The notes below the pieces were generated by a model that had not been told where the DNA came from, ran no database searches, and saw only the letters and a list, made by a program, of their open reading frames with translations. A program made the position numbers and the translations under genes. Of a stretch of DNA of 64,000 nucleotides, positions 14,001-26,482 are shown piece after piece (positions within the stretch are counted from its first letter, which is position 1; each line of letters opens with the position of its first letter). The stretch is from Lingula anatina (Eukaryota > Animalia > Brachiopoda), in NCBI GenBank assembly GCA_051362555.1, contig CM120648.1, positions 4,336,587 to 4,400,586 of the forward strand, read 5' to 3'.

Positions 14001-15410
14001 CTAAAAGCATTTTTGGCAGAATTTTATTGATTTTATTGATGAATATGCTAACGGAAGTAAAAATCCAAGCCACATTTTAGTATTTCGTACAGTGTATAGT
14101 ATTTCTAATGTCACTCTGTTAGGTTCTCCTGCTCATATCTCTAGTTTTCACGATGATTGGTTGCCTAGTTGTTATGCATTGCTTAAATCTATGGTTCCCC
14201 TTGTAGCAATGCACATATAATCGTGGTAGGGGTGACACTTTTTAAGCTAGGGGAGTATATTATCACACAGACAAGACTGCATTGTGGCTCTGTCCTCGTG
14301 TTTTAGAAGATTTTCAGAGATTTCTGGTAACTTAAAATTACCTCTCGTCTATCGATCAGCATGCACCTTCGTGGATGGAAATCCTTTTGCGGCGATTTCA
14401 TGCATAAGCCTAGCTGTTTTATTTCAGAAAAGGTCCTGTTCCCCGGGTATGCAGTGTACGTTGCATCAAAGCACGCAATGCAAGGGTTCTTTGGCGTACT
14501 AAGACAAGAGATGGCGATGAGAAACACAGGCGTATCTATCACATCGTGCATGGTGGCCGGGACTGGTAAGAAAATTTAGCACACATAGTATCTATTATTA
14601 TGTAACTTATAAAATTTCAAATGGCACGGGAAATTTACGCCATACAATCGAGCTCTCGGATGTAAGGGATAGTTGCACAAATGCGTGTGTTACGTTACCT
14701 TAAAAACGACCCTACATACGTAGATGTACATTGGCATGTTCTACCGTACCTGTTAGCTAGTGGTTCATCAACATATTCAAACGTTACTGAAATTCACCTT
14801 CCTATATAAGCAGCATCCTTTGGTCTCTGAAACACATGATGGCAGTTGGGTTGAAAAAAAAAGAAAAGAGTCAAAAATGAGCTCGGTGAACTTACAACAA
14901 GGGGTTTAGGAAAAGTCGGAAAAACTCCCAAAATCAGATTTCCCACTTAATTCTTTGAATAACATCATGTCTATAACCCACCATAAGTGCAAGAAAAATC
15001 TGGAATGATAACCAGTCAATTTATTCTGGAGGAGCGACAGTAATCGTACCTAAACGAATTCGTTGACCTTCAAAACACACAACTTTAAACAGTAAACGTT
15101 AATTTTTTATGAAAACGTCGGAATTATACAAACTCTACAAATTATTTCAGGAACAGAACACGTGATGGAATATTTACAGGGATTAGAAGGGGAAGCTTTC
15201 AAGGAATTTCACCTAGCGGATCCAACAGTTGTTGCCTTGGAGATCGTCCAGGCAACTGTTGCTAGGCAGTACGAAGTGTACACAAGTTCCAATATAATGA
15301 CATCAATACTGGTATTTCTAGGGAAAATATCACCAGAATTAGCTGACCAACTTTCTCTGAAAGCATTTTTTTATTATATGACTGATAAAGCTGTATTAGG
15401 AATTAACTGA
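11067..15410 (+). CDS. HSD11B1L: 11-beta-HSD1-like SDR, copy 3. Exons 11067-11157, 12492-12622, 12906-13007, 13571-13787, 14428-14565, 15151-15410
   Basis: First five exons match copy 2 in size (91,131,102,217,138); [13 protein letters not shown]; last exon extended by stop loss. Confidence 0.9.
12211..12240. repeat. (GGTGA)6 pentanucleotide repeat
   Basis: Directly visible. Confidence 0.9.
13164..13325. mobile_element. Harbinger-type MITE (162 bp)
   Basis: TIR agcctagattac / gtaatctaggct, TTA on both sides, absent from the homologous intron of copy 1 (~760). Confidence 0.75.
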
Positions 15411-16094
15411 AAATGTAAAAAGAAATATATAATTATCTCTTGTGTCTTGTATTCTTGGTAATGCTATTATATGATATTTGTGTCTGACAGAATTTTCTAG
15501 AAATTTTATCATACAAAGTCGACTTATTATAACAGCAACAACATCAGTAATAATAATAATAATATTTTTTGTTGTTTTCATTATTGGGGTGGGCCACTAC
15601 CACTCGCAAAGATGCATACCCCTTCGGATACGCTCAACTTCTTTTAAAACAAGTCCTATACTAAGTTGCAAAAGCGTAACACCAAGCTGGATTTTTTAAG
15701 AAAAACATAATATCTTGTATCCGCATGTATATCGCAAAATGTTTGAAAAAGGGTAAAGCAGCAAGACAGTTCCGCTGAACTCTCTTCCGAGGTCAAAGAA
15801 GACCTGTAGTTATTTACACGCAATCAAGATAGTTGTCACAACTAACACATCGGGTGAGAAAGGTGTCATATTCAGCAGTCGCATCCCAACCTACCGCAGC
15901 CATCAAGTTATTATTATTTACTGATCTTTTTTCATATTGACTGAGAATATTCTGATCTATATTGAACACATTTTGGAGCAACTTCAATCATTTTTTACAT
16001 CAACTTCCGTGTATTGCTAGATCTCCTGCCAGCAATGTGGTTGCAATGCGCAATAGAAAGATTCGTGACGTTGTTGCGCAGTGGAGCATAATTA

Positions 16095-16306
16095 CCTTTA
16101 CACCGGGCGTCGTCCTTTCTGCGTCCTGTAGTAAGCCCCCGTTTGAAAGTAGAAATAAAAAATAACCTGCTGACAACTGGCTGATCATTCAGCATTCATT
16201 TTGCAACCAAAGCAATGCTTGTACCTCCTTTCTACGACCACAGCGATGCCAGTTTCATGGGCGCACAAAGGACGCAGAAAGGACCCCGCCTAGTGTAAAG
16301 GGGGGT
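16095..16306. mobile_element. MITE, probably Harbinger-type
   Basis: ~33-bp imperfect TIR cctttacaccgggcgtcgtcctttctgcgtcct / aggacgcagaaaggaccccgcctagtgtaaagg. Confidence 0.65.
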
Positions 16307-16759
16307 TTAATAGCTTGGTAAGAGCCAACCAGAGCCCCGTTCTCTACACGGCCAACAGAATAACTAAAATAACAGTCGGAAGGGAACCTGCGAAGAGCTT
16401 GTAGGCCTATAAGGGAGAAAGACCCCATTTACTTCAATTATAGGCCCTATGTCACGGCTTTGCAAGTCGACCGGCCTAGTTTCAGGTTAGGCTCATGACC
16501 TACCTGATATTATAATACTGCATATATGTATAGCTCACAATATCATCAAATACTTTTCAAAAAATGTGACTTTAAAGCATTACGATGGCGTTTAAGGTTA
16601 CCCTTTCCCATATTCTATTGGTCCCTATTTCGATCCGTCAAATGCCCCGCCTCGCGTCGAGATTGACCCAGACGCAGATTTAATAATTTCGCTCGTAGCG
16701 TAGCTTGTACTTACTTCGACTCTCAAGATCGTCCGTGGCAACGATATCTAGGATTGAAC

Positions 16760-19700
16760 ATGGGATACGGACTGAAAAAGTTGTCCTTGGCGCTCTCTGC
16801 CGTGGTCATAGCATATTTTCTTATGTTCAGTGGAAACAAGTTTGATCCAGGTAAGTGAGAGGTAAAGACAATACGGAACACAGTCGTGTAGAGCTACAAA
16901 GCAAGACAAATCGCATTAAAGGGAAACAAGGGGCAGCAAGGTGGCGGGACGATGCTTATTTCTAGAAAATCCCCAGGGTCAGGTGTGATAGGAATGGAAG
17001 TCCCAGGGATGGAAGTCCGCCCTCCCACATGATTAGTAGTTTAGGGGTAGTTGGAGTATAAGGGTTTGTATGTATAGGTCGTATGTCATTTATGTAAAGT
17101 AATGGGGAACTGACTACGGTTCCTAGCGGACCACCATTCTTTTCGCACCAGTTCTCGTCGATTTATAATATGTTCAGATTAATCCTGCCCTATATTATGG
17201 TACACAGACGGCACGTTAACCCTGACTTGATGTTACACGCATCCTCATTTTTTCTTAAAGCGCTGTCACACTCAATGTATGGAAATAAACGGACTTGTAA
17301 GAAGCGTTAAACCAACGTTTATATAGCGTATTTGCACTGCATTATTTACATATGAATGGCATAATTATGAGTAACATATATATGTACGCCTTTTCCATTG
17401 TATCCCATCGTACATGTAGCATATGCTATATCAACGTATAAATTATGTACGAGTACTGTATATGAGAGTGCTAGCACCGTATATGAGCGTATGGTGAACG
17501 TAACTGAGCAATGCATGAGTAACAGATGGTTAGCTTTCCTCTGTTTTTTTTTTTTTTTTTTTTTTTTTTTTATCATTTAAAACTGCCAGCTGAGTCAACT
17601 GTGATGAATATGTGAGTAGGGACTCTTTATACCAGAGATGATAACCCGTGCGCTCAAAATTGCCTCCTACATGTATCTAGCGTATGAGAAAGTACGCCAA
17701 CATTTGCCTGCGTACTCGAAACGTACACGACGCAATAGTCTAACGAACTCCTAACGTTAATTTGTCTGCGTTTGGGCAATTTGTCTGTACATTAGTGCTG
17801 TACACTACAGTGTGACGGTACCTTAACAACGGTGGTGTGGTTGTGGCATTCGGTCGGTGAATAAATGAATTAAGGGAAACTAGTTTTTTTTTTGTTTTTT
17901 TTGTTTTTGTCATTTTAATGTAGAGCGTAACCAGGGCCTGCTTTCACGAAACGTTTCGCAGGTTGCGCATTCGCTACGGTTTGCGCAATTGCGCTAATTT
18001 TTTTAGCGTAGCTTTCTCGAAACCTTTCACTGAACTGTATGTTCTAAATTCTCTATTGTCCCCTTGTCAGTCTTGTCCTAAATAACGTATGGCCTCTACT
18101 AGCACAGGGGTAGGGCCTACCCACAGATATGAGCTGCATGACCACAACAAGTGCCTGGACAATTAATTATGTGACTGCACGCTCAGCTACCCTTTAACAC
18201 ACACAAGGGTCACATAGAGTTATTTTCACTGGGTATTCACATTTATGTTTCACTGTCAAAAAATTATAAGTTACTTTTCAAAACCAATCTGTTTTCCAGC
18301 CGACGTCCAAGACAAGAAAGTTTTGATAACTGGAGCATCGTCTGGGATTGGAGAACAGATGGCGTACCATTTTGCCAAGATGGGAGCAAACCTGGTCTTG
18401 ACAGCTCGCAGAGAGAATCTCTTGAAAGAGGTTCAAAACATTTCCACTATCTTTGAGTTGTGTTTATCAACATTTGTCAAGAACAAGTAGAAGCGCAGAA
18501 CAAATTTAATGTTTCTCGCTCCATATTAACAATGTCTAGTTCTATCGACTACCTTTATTATTACGTCCCCTCTAAAATTAACAACAATATAATATGTTCC
18601 CTCATTTCCTCCCCCCCTCTCTCATTCATTCATTCATCTTTAACTTCTTGGTTTGGTCGTTGTAGCTGTAACATATTTCTAAATTGAAACATAACATTGT
18701 CATATTTAAAAACAACCCTTTTAAGGTTGTAAAAAAGTGTAAGAAACTGTCTCCTAAACCAACCGCTAATCATGCCTATATGGTCGCTGACATGAAGGAG
18801 TTGGACAACACGAAGAAACTTATCAAGGTACGCACGCAACATAACGAAGCTTATTTAATATTAAACTAGAAAAGCACTCCGAGAGCGCAGACCTCCGCCA
18901 AGGCAGCGATTTTTTTATTATTATTGATTATTGACTGATTATTGATCCGGATCACCACCAAAAACTAATCAATTCTCAGTTAACCCATTTCCCACCTACC
19001 CTGAAAATTTGATCAAAATCGGTCCATAAGTTTTTGGGTTATGTTGATGACAATCAAACAGACAGACAGACAGGGGTGAAAACAACCTCCTTGGCGGAGG
19101 TAATAACTATCATTAAAAGTTCATAATGAAAAATAACTCGATAGTGAGTTGTGTAATGAAAAAATTAAATTTGCTCGAGCTTTGCGAAATTAAAAGTTTT
19201 TAAAAAGTTTAAAGATGTAATGGGCGATTTTTTTCTTTTTGAAACAAGTGTTTTACAAGAGTTTTACCTAGTGAGTGTTTCGAAGGTAGGTTGTGATATC
19301 AAACACTTACCAATAATAATAAAATATGGCAGAGGGAAGCTCATACTTGCAAAAAAGGGCATCTAAAAACGCCTTATGGTGAGCCTGGTGAATAATGGGA
19401 TCGTTCATAAATTTCTTTATATATGAAATCCATAATTATTGAACTAAAAACGTTTCGACAGTCTTTTAAATGGATGGAAATTGTACACTCAAAATCAGTT
19501 TTATAATATAATTACGAATGCATTTTTGTCGACATATCACATCCTTTACCTTGAACGATGACCATCAAACCCATTCTGATGATGAATAATTAATAGCAAA
19601 GTTTTAGACGCTGTATCATACTCCCGAACCTCACACACGAAAACCTGACTCCCTTGTTTAAAAAAATCCGCGCTCATTCGTTGACAATAAAATGTTCACG

Positions 19701-22675
19701 TGCTGCGATATGTACACATTTCCACGATATCAATTCCCTGGGAGACTTTCATAAAACTAAACAAAACAGAATCACCTTTTACATATTTATACCTCTTTCT
19801 ATTTTTAGTTCAGCGTAGACACTTTAAAAGGTCTGGACATTCTGGTGCTTAACCATGCTAGGGTTTCCCCGTTCGACATGTGGTTTGGGAGCCAACGGAA
19901 CCTTACAGATCTGGCAACAGAGATGGACATCAACTTCAGAGCATACGTGCATCTCGCCTCACACGCACTTCCACACTTATTGAAGAGCAAAGGGAGGATT
20001 GCATTTGTTTCTTCTGTAACAGGTGCCGTTGTGATTTAACTGCATGAATCGAGCATTAATGGAATAATAGCTAATCGTGCACTTTGTTTAATGGTGTCTT
20101 CAAAAAGTCTGGCATTCTACATCATACTGCAGATACAAGACTGGTGGCTCACACCATGACTTCCAGAGGTTTCTGAAAACGTACCTCTGTAGAGCCGCAT
20201 TTTGCAACCGACCGCATTTTGCAACCGGTTGCAAAATGCGTTCAGTTGCAAAATGCGGTCCTACTAAGTAGAGCCGCATTTTGCAACTGAACGCATTTTG
20301 CAACTGCAACGCATTTTGCAACCAAAGAAAATCGTGAAAACGCATTTTGCAACCGCAACGCATTTTGCAACCGGGATTTTTTTCTAAGTCCCTGAAACAG
20401 CTTGAAGTAATATTTTCACCGTAATTTCTTTCATCTCCTCGACCATTCGAGTTAGGAGCACGAGTCTTTGGTGCATGGGTACAGGGGAATTTTAGTGTGA
20501 CTTTGGGTGTAACTGTCCCTCAGGGGATGGGGTGATTGGTGGTTTGTCAGACAATTAAGCTGATTCCACTGATTGCACTTAAGTGAGATCCCCTGCAGAG
20601 TTGGACCGACCCAGCTAGTAGGATGTGTGAATCTGAAAGCTGTCTTCGAGTTAAGAAGGAAGGGGAATGCAAAGAACGCAGCAGACGGCACTTGATAACA
20701 GACCTTCAGCGGTATGCTTGGATATAGGTCAAGTTAATTAAAAACCCATGCAAGACCCCATACTTTCAGGCATAGCCTCTGTAGAGCAACACACGTGCTA
20801 ATTACTATTTATGATTAATTGACATATTTGTTTTGTATTAAGACACAACGGCTAGTTTAACGCCAGGATTCCTGAGTGTGTAGGGCATGGGACAAAAGGA
20901 CAGCTTTAACTGGATTCCTTGACCTATATTCATGCCTACGACTGTAAGTCCGTTTAGTGCTATGTGCGCCGCTCCTGTTCTCTACATTCCTCAAAGACCC
21001 ATGTACATTCATTATCAATCCCCAACATTTCATGTTCCTAACTCTATGGGTAGATAGTAGAAGTAACGGTGCAAAAAACAGAATCAACCACCCCCAGGGA
21101 CGGCCACACCCATCAATATCCCAGAAGGATCCATATCCCTAAAGACATGTTTTCAATTTCCATAGCCTTCCGTTCCTAACTTATATGGTCTAAAGGTAGA
21201 TAGCAGAAATAACAACGTCTAATTCTATTCAACCACCCCCGGGACCACACCCTAAGTCAAACAAATTAAATGCCATTCAACATCCCAAATTATACTGTAG
21301 CTACGTTTCATGCTTTATAACTCAAATGGCCGATACAATGGGCAGAAAATACGTTGTAAAATTAGAATCAGCCACCTCCAGGGACAACCACACCCATGTC
21401 ACAATAAATTTCCGAAGTGCCCATGCACATTTGTTACGAAAGTGTATTAATCCCCAACATTTTTATTTCCTAATTCTGAAGATATAAGGGTAGATAGGAG
21501 AAAAATACGAAGTAAAAAGTACGATCAACCACCCCTAGGAAAAAAACAAAAACAAAAACAAAAAATCCGAAATCCCATGCACATGCCTACCATAATGTTT
21601 ATTAACGTTTAGAGTTCCTAACTCTAATGGTTTAGGAAATTACAATGTGCAATAAGTTTTATATTTTCGTCCACCCCAGGGGCAGCCTGGCCAGTTTCAG
21701 CATACATAGTCGAAGCAAACCCGTCCCAATTCCAATTCTACCTGTCTCGTACTTCTAGCTGTTTCAGGGACTTAGAAAAAAATCCTGGTTGCAAAATGCG
21801 TTGCAGTTGCAAAATGCGTTTTCACGATTTTCTTTGGTTGCAAAATGCGTTGCAGTTGCAAAATGCGTTCAGTTGCAAAATGCGGCTCTACTTAGTAGAA
21901 CCGCATTTTGCAACTGAACGTATTTTGCAACCGGTTGCAAAATGCGGTCGGTTGCAAAATGCGGCTCTACACCTCTCTACTAAGAGCATGTGTCTGCGTA
22001 ATTGGAAACAAAGTATAAATGCTCCTCCTTGCATTTCATTTATTATTCATCATTTATCGTTTCACAGCGCCTACATATGCATATACATTTCAGAAAGAAT
22101 CCCGATCCCGGGGATGACAATGTACATTGCGGCAAAGCACGCAATCCAAGGGTTCTTTGGTGTACTTAGGCAAGAGATGGTGATGAGAAACACGGGCGTT
22201 TCAGTCACCTCGTGCATAGTGGCTGGGACCAGTAAGTGACTTTATCACAAATCAACTGTTATCTTCTCATTGAAATGTTTAGTTCACTAAGGGGGGCTAT
22301 TTGGAATCGACCTCGCAAGTGTGAAAAGGGGACAAGATCTAAGGTCACCTTTTCTGTAGGGAGGGGTTGCGCTATAAATATGTTTTAAAATATCTTTAAA
22401 ACGTAGGAACATATTTCAAATTCAAACTACAAATCATTGCAGGAACAGAAATTGTGATGGAGAATTTCAGACAGACACTGGGAGAGGAAACGTTGAATTC
22501 GCTTAACTTCGTTGATCCAACAGTTGTTGCTTTTGAGGTCGTCAAGGCAACTGTTGCCAGGCAATACGAAGTGCACACGACTTCTGACAGATGGTCATCG
22601 ACATTGATGTTCCTTAAGAAAATATCACCAGAGTTAGTTGACCAACTTACTCTGAAAGTACTTTTTTCGAGTTGA
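16760..22675 (+). CDS. HSD11B1L: 11-beta-HSD1-like SDR, copy 4 (most divergent). Exons 16760-16850, 18300-18430, 18726-18827, 19809-20022, 22094-22231, 22443-22675
   Basis: [22 protein letters not shown]; in-phase GT-AG junctions; AATAAA at ~22689 and ~22702. Confidence 0.9.
17259..17823. mobile_element. Harbinger-type MITE
   Basis: Termini agcgctgtcacact / agtgtgacggtacct flanked by TAA. Confidence 0.6.
18864..19105 (-). mobile_element. Non-autonomous Helentron-associated element (HINE/DINE-like)
   Basis: Subterminal inverted repeat acctccgccaagg / ccttggcggaggt, internal (TGTC)n tract, and on the minus strand a 3' hairpin gcgctctcggagtgc followed by CTAGT. Confidence 0.7.
20188..21971. 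mobile_element. Non-autonomous DNA transposon with ~220-bp TIRs, Ginger-like (TGT...ACA ends, 4-bp TSD)
   Basis: 20188-~20409 is a near-perfect inverted copy of ~21750-21971; CCTC at 20184-20187 and 21972-21975; TIRs built from repeated gcattttgcaac units; no transposase ORF. Confidence 0.8.
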
Positions 22676-23005
22676 ATAGCAGTGGCTGCAATAAAAAAAG
22701 AAATAAACTTCTAATTTTTATTGAGAAAAAAAGATTTTTTCTTACTCACGAAGTATTGCCCAATCTGTTTCTTTTCTTAGATCGGCTTTTTTTGTACAAA
22801 ATCTTTGTTTGAAATTACTGAAGAATTCTTTAAAATAACTGCCTTTTTGACATTAACTATAAATGTACTGCATAAAATCAGGAATGACCCCATTTTCCAG
22901 TCATAAAATGAGAAAAAGACACCTTCTTTTGTATCGTGGCCTTATATTTTGTTTAACATAGTTCACAATTTCTGGTACAATATATACCAAAATTCTATGG
23001 GAAGT

Positions 23006-23978
23006 TCAAGAGTAAAACAGCTTAGAGAACAGAGTATCCTGGGAGTTTTGTAGCACTTCTGGCAAGGGAAAAGATACGCAGGCCTCTTCTGCTTTTCTGC
23101 TTCTGTACCTGTAATGAATAATGTTATTATATTAGGCTGCTTGGTACTGTACTAGTTGACTAGACAGTTTTTCAGCAGCAATTGATCTCTTTTGGCAAGA
23201 ATTCTTCTCATGTTTCAACTGAATTTAAATGATTAACTTATCAATTAATATGGTAATAATTCGCTCTTTGAAATGAGCAAAAAAAGCTCAAACTTTCAGA
23301 TACATATTTTTTATAATCATAAAGATTTCATTTATATATAGATTTGTAGTACTTTTGCTGCATAGAATAGAACTATAAAACAGCCTGCTTTTTAATTTCG
23401 TTGGCACCACTCAAAAGGAATGTTCTAATTTTACAAAATTATGACTTTAAAAATACTATATATGAAAAGTTCACATCCCCCCCCCCACCCCACTGAAATG
23501 TTTGAGTATTTGTAGGAAAGTAAAACGCCTCAAAAGAAAGTTTAAAAAGAAATTCAGAACCAAACTTACAACTATTTCAACATGCATTTCAACATCGCAC
23601 CTAGCACACTGCCATTCCAGCATTAGTTCAACACCACATCTAAAACTCTGCTTTATAATTATCAGACCAACATCACACCCTTGCACTGCCATCCACTTAC
23701 TTTGATATTATATCTGGTATGAAAGATTGCATCTTATTCTGTAGAGCTTGAGCCTAAAATGATTACAGCAAAAATATCCCCCTCATTTCTTTTACTATGC
23801 ACAAATAAAGTAGACCAGCCTTGGCCATATTGGAAGGAAATGGACTGCCTATACATTTATGGAAAATGGAATAACGAGAATCTTTTAAGAAGGACTTTAA
23901 AACACATATGTATTTTAAGACATTTTACTAAAGACTTTATATTAATTAATTTTTTAATACATTTAAATCATGAATCAT

Positions 23979-24058
<80 letters not shown>

Positions 24059-24169
24059 TAAAATGGAGAGGAAGGTCTGATTTGTTCGCATCCTTGATTT
24101 TATATACCAGCTCCCCACGGGCCGCCGCCATGGGTGGAGCACTTTTCATGGTGTATTGACTTAATTCTC

Positions 24170-24243
<74 letters not shown>

Positions 24244-24532
24244 CCTCTAATGCCCCAACAACGTCCAGTCTGACAGCACTGGCCAACAGTGTCCGGAGTG
24301 ATCCAAACATGAACGCTGTCTGACACTGTGACAAGTCCACTCCCAGAATCCTGCATAGATGTCCAAACATGACAGGATAGTGGATCTGAAAGTCAGCCTG
24401 GGCCTCAGAAAATTCTTGAAAATGTTGAAGAAGTTCATTTTTAAAAGTCCTGGCACTAGTGGAGAGAAGTGAACGACCCTGGAAATGATGTAAAATTAAT
24501 GTCACTGATTTATAATGGGTATACATAGGTGT

Positions 24533-24569
<37 letters not shown>

Positions 24570-24837
24570 TGCTTGCTTGCTTGCACATTAACAGAGTAAT
24601 TCTGCTAGTTCAATATAGGAACACAAAACTAGCATATGGTGTATTATAAAATCTCCTTTATGTAGTATCCACAAATGAGCAATTCATGAAGCTAAAGCAT
24701 GTAATTTTGACACATTTGTACATGGACAGTTTTATAAGTGCCCCCCCCCCCCCCCCCAACTCTACTGTCAATTCCCCCCCCCCTTTCCTAACTCCCCCTT
24801 TCTCTGTCTGAGGTAACAATCTCTCTTCCTGAAACCC

Positions 24838-24887
<50 letters not shown>

Positions 24888-26482
24888 GGCTCATAGCCAG
24901 CATGCAATTTCAATTCAAACAGTTTTTTTTTTTGGAAAAAGTGGATCTTTTACCATGCAACCTGCAGGTGCCTATATCAAATTTTACCCATAGCCTTTTC
25001 CCAGCCAAGAAGGCAGTTCATTTAAACCAACCCTGGCTACAGGCCCTGCTTTAATTTCCCTCTCTTTAACTTTCTCTCCCTCTCTCTCTAATACCCCTCT
25101 TCCCCCTTATAATTGCTGCACCTGTCTTGTGGAGGCTCTCTTTGCCACATGGTTGGACGTACAGGCGTCACACATGTCACTCAGTTTCTTAAGCTCCATG
25201 AAGTTTCCACTGCTCTCATAGGCTTCTGTGACAAACGGGAGGGAGAAAGAACCTGGAATATTTAAACATATGGGGTGGACACAAGTCATTTCAGGTACTA
25301 TATAAGATACATTTATTTTAACGGAAATATTGACGTAAATAACTTACAGTAAGCAGACTTGAGCCCATTTTGCATCCCGCAGTACATGTACTTGTATTGA
25401 AATACTTGCAGATATTGACTACTTAATTAATAGCCCTGTTATTGTGTAAGAGACTGAGAACGAGTTACCTAGATCTAAATGGATCCCTCATGTATTTTAA
25501 TGTAAGTGAGTAGAAAAATGAATCCATACCAGTGTTTTCAAGGACTGCCACTGTAAACTGCTCCAATACATCTAAAAAAAGAAAAAATATATAAATCACT
25601 TTTATAAACAATTATCTGCAAATAAAAATATCAGTGTTATAAATTAATAACTCATAAATTAACCATTTTCCTTGGATCATATAGGCACCATATCAAATAA
25701 TGTACAACTTTATGAAAAAAAGAAAAACTGTTGAAATATCATTTTGAATAAACACCTCCTGATGACTGGGCATACACAGTGGGTATGCCTATGAAACTCA
25801 GAGATGGGGTTTACACATATATGTCTCTTGTATATTTATTCTAAATTCTGTATACAGACCATTCAGCTGATAATGGCATCCTTGTCTTACCAAGGTTGCC
25901 TGCCTCAACTAGCCGGAACTTGACAGCTGCTTCTAAGCCAAGACTGTGAGAAAAGCCTCCAGTCGGGAATGCTTATAATTACAAAAATTTAATGAAAAAA
26001 ATATTAATATGATTACAAAATTAATATATACAGTACTAGTACTATAAGGATTAATAATTAACTGATAAACTTAAGTTAATGCTGTTTATTTACCTGCTGG
26101 CTGTATGTTAACTACTGCAAGTGGACTAAAACAATTGGGTTATTTGGGTAATTACATATGGTTCTCAAATTTATTATTCAGAAAATTTCAATTATAAAAT
26201 ATACATAAATTAAATAATTTAAAATTAACAATTAATAAAAAATATAGAGAGCAAACGAATATACCTGACTTTTTTTTGCAAGAAGACTTAAAATTATATA
26301 CCAATTACTTCAGTGTTAAATGACCTTTGTGAAATTGAAATTCTTCATTTAATATCGCCCCCCCCCCCCCCCCCCCCCCCAATTCCAAACATCATACAGT
26401 ACATGTACAGTACAACCATTCTTTACTTACCACTGTCTGATATTTGCAGTAGAGTTAACAACTGTGTCTGAGCGATTGCCAT
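23006..26482 (-). CDS. ureF: Urease accessory protein UreF, 231 aa. Exons 26482-26431, 25971-25891, 25571-25530, 25252-25122, 24478-24245, 23753-23701, 23108-23006
   Basis: Spliced frame gives the diagnostic LLQISDSAFPTGGFSHSLGLEAA, RASTRQGRSLL, LLASAVRLDVVGALEAQ and C-terminal DTLFSKLFYS*; all introns GT-AG, 696 nt total. Confidence 0.92.
23981..24240. repeat. Two (TA)n tracts flanking a ~125-bp segment in UreF intron 5
   Basis: TA runs at ~23981-24045 and ~24172-24240. Confidence 0.9.

Noticed and set aside
20100-22093. Mirror ORFs [12 protein letters not shown] / [12 protein letters not shown] on opposite strands
   Set aside because: Artefact of the long TIRs of the Ginger-like element
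23006-26482. ureF as bacterial contamination or a recent horizontal transfer
   Set aside because: Six spliceosomal introns with host-type microsatellites and tight packing between host genes
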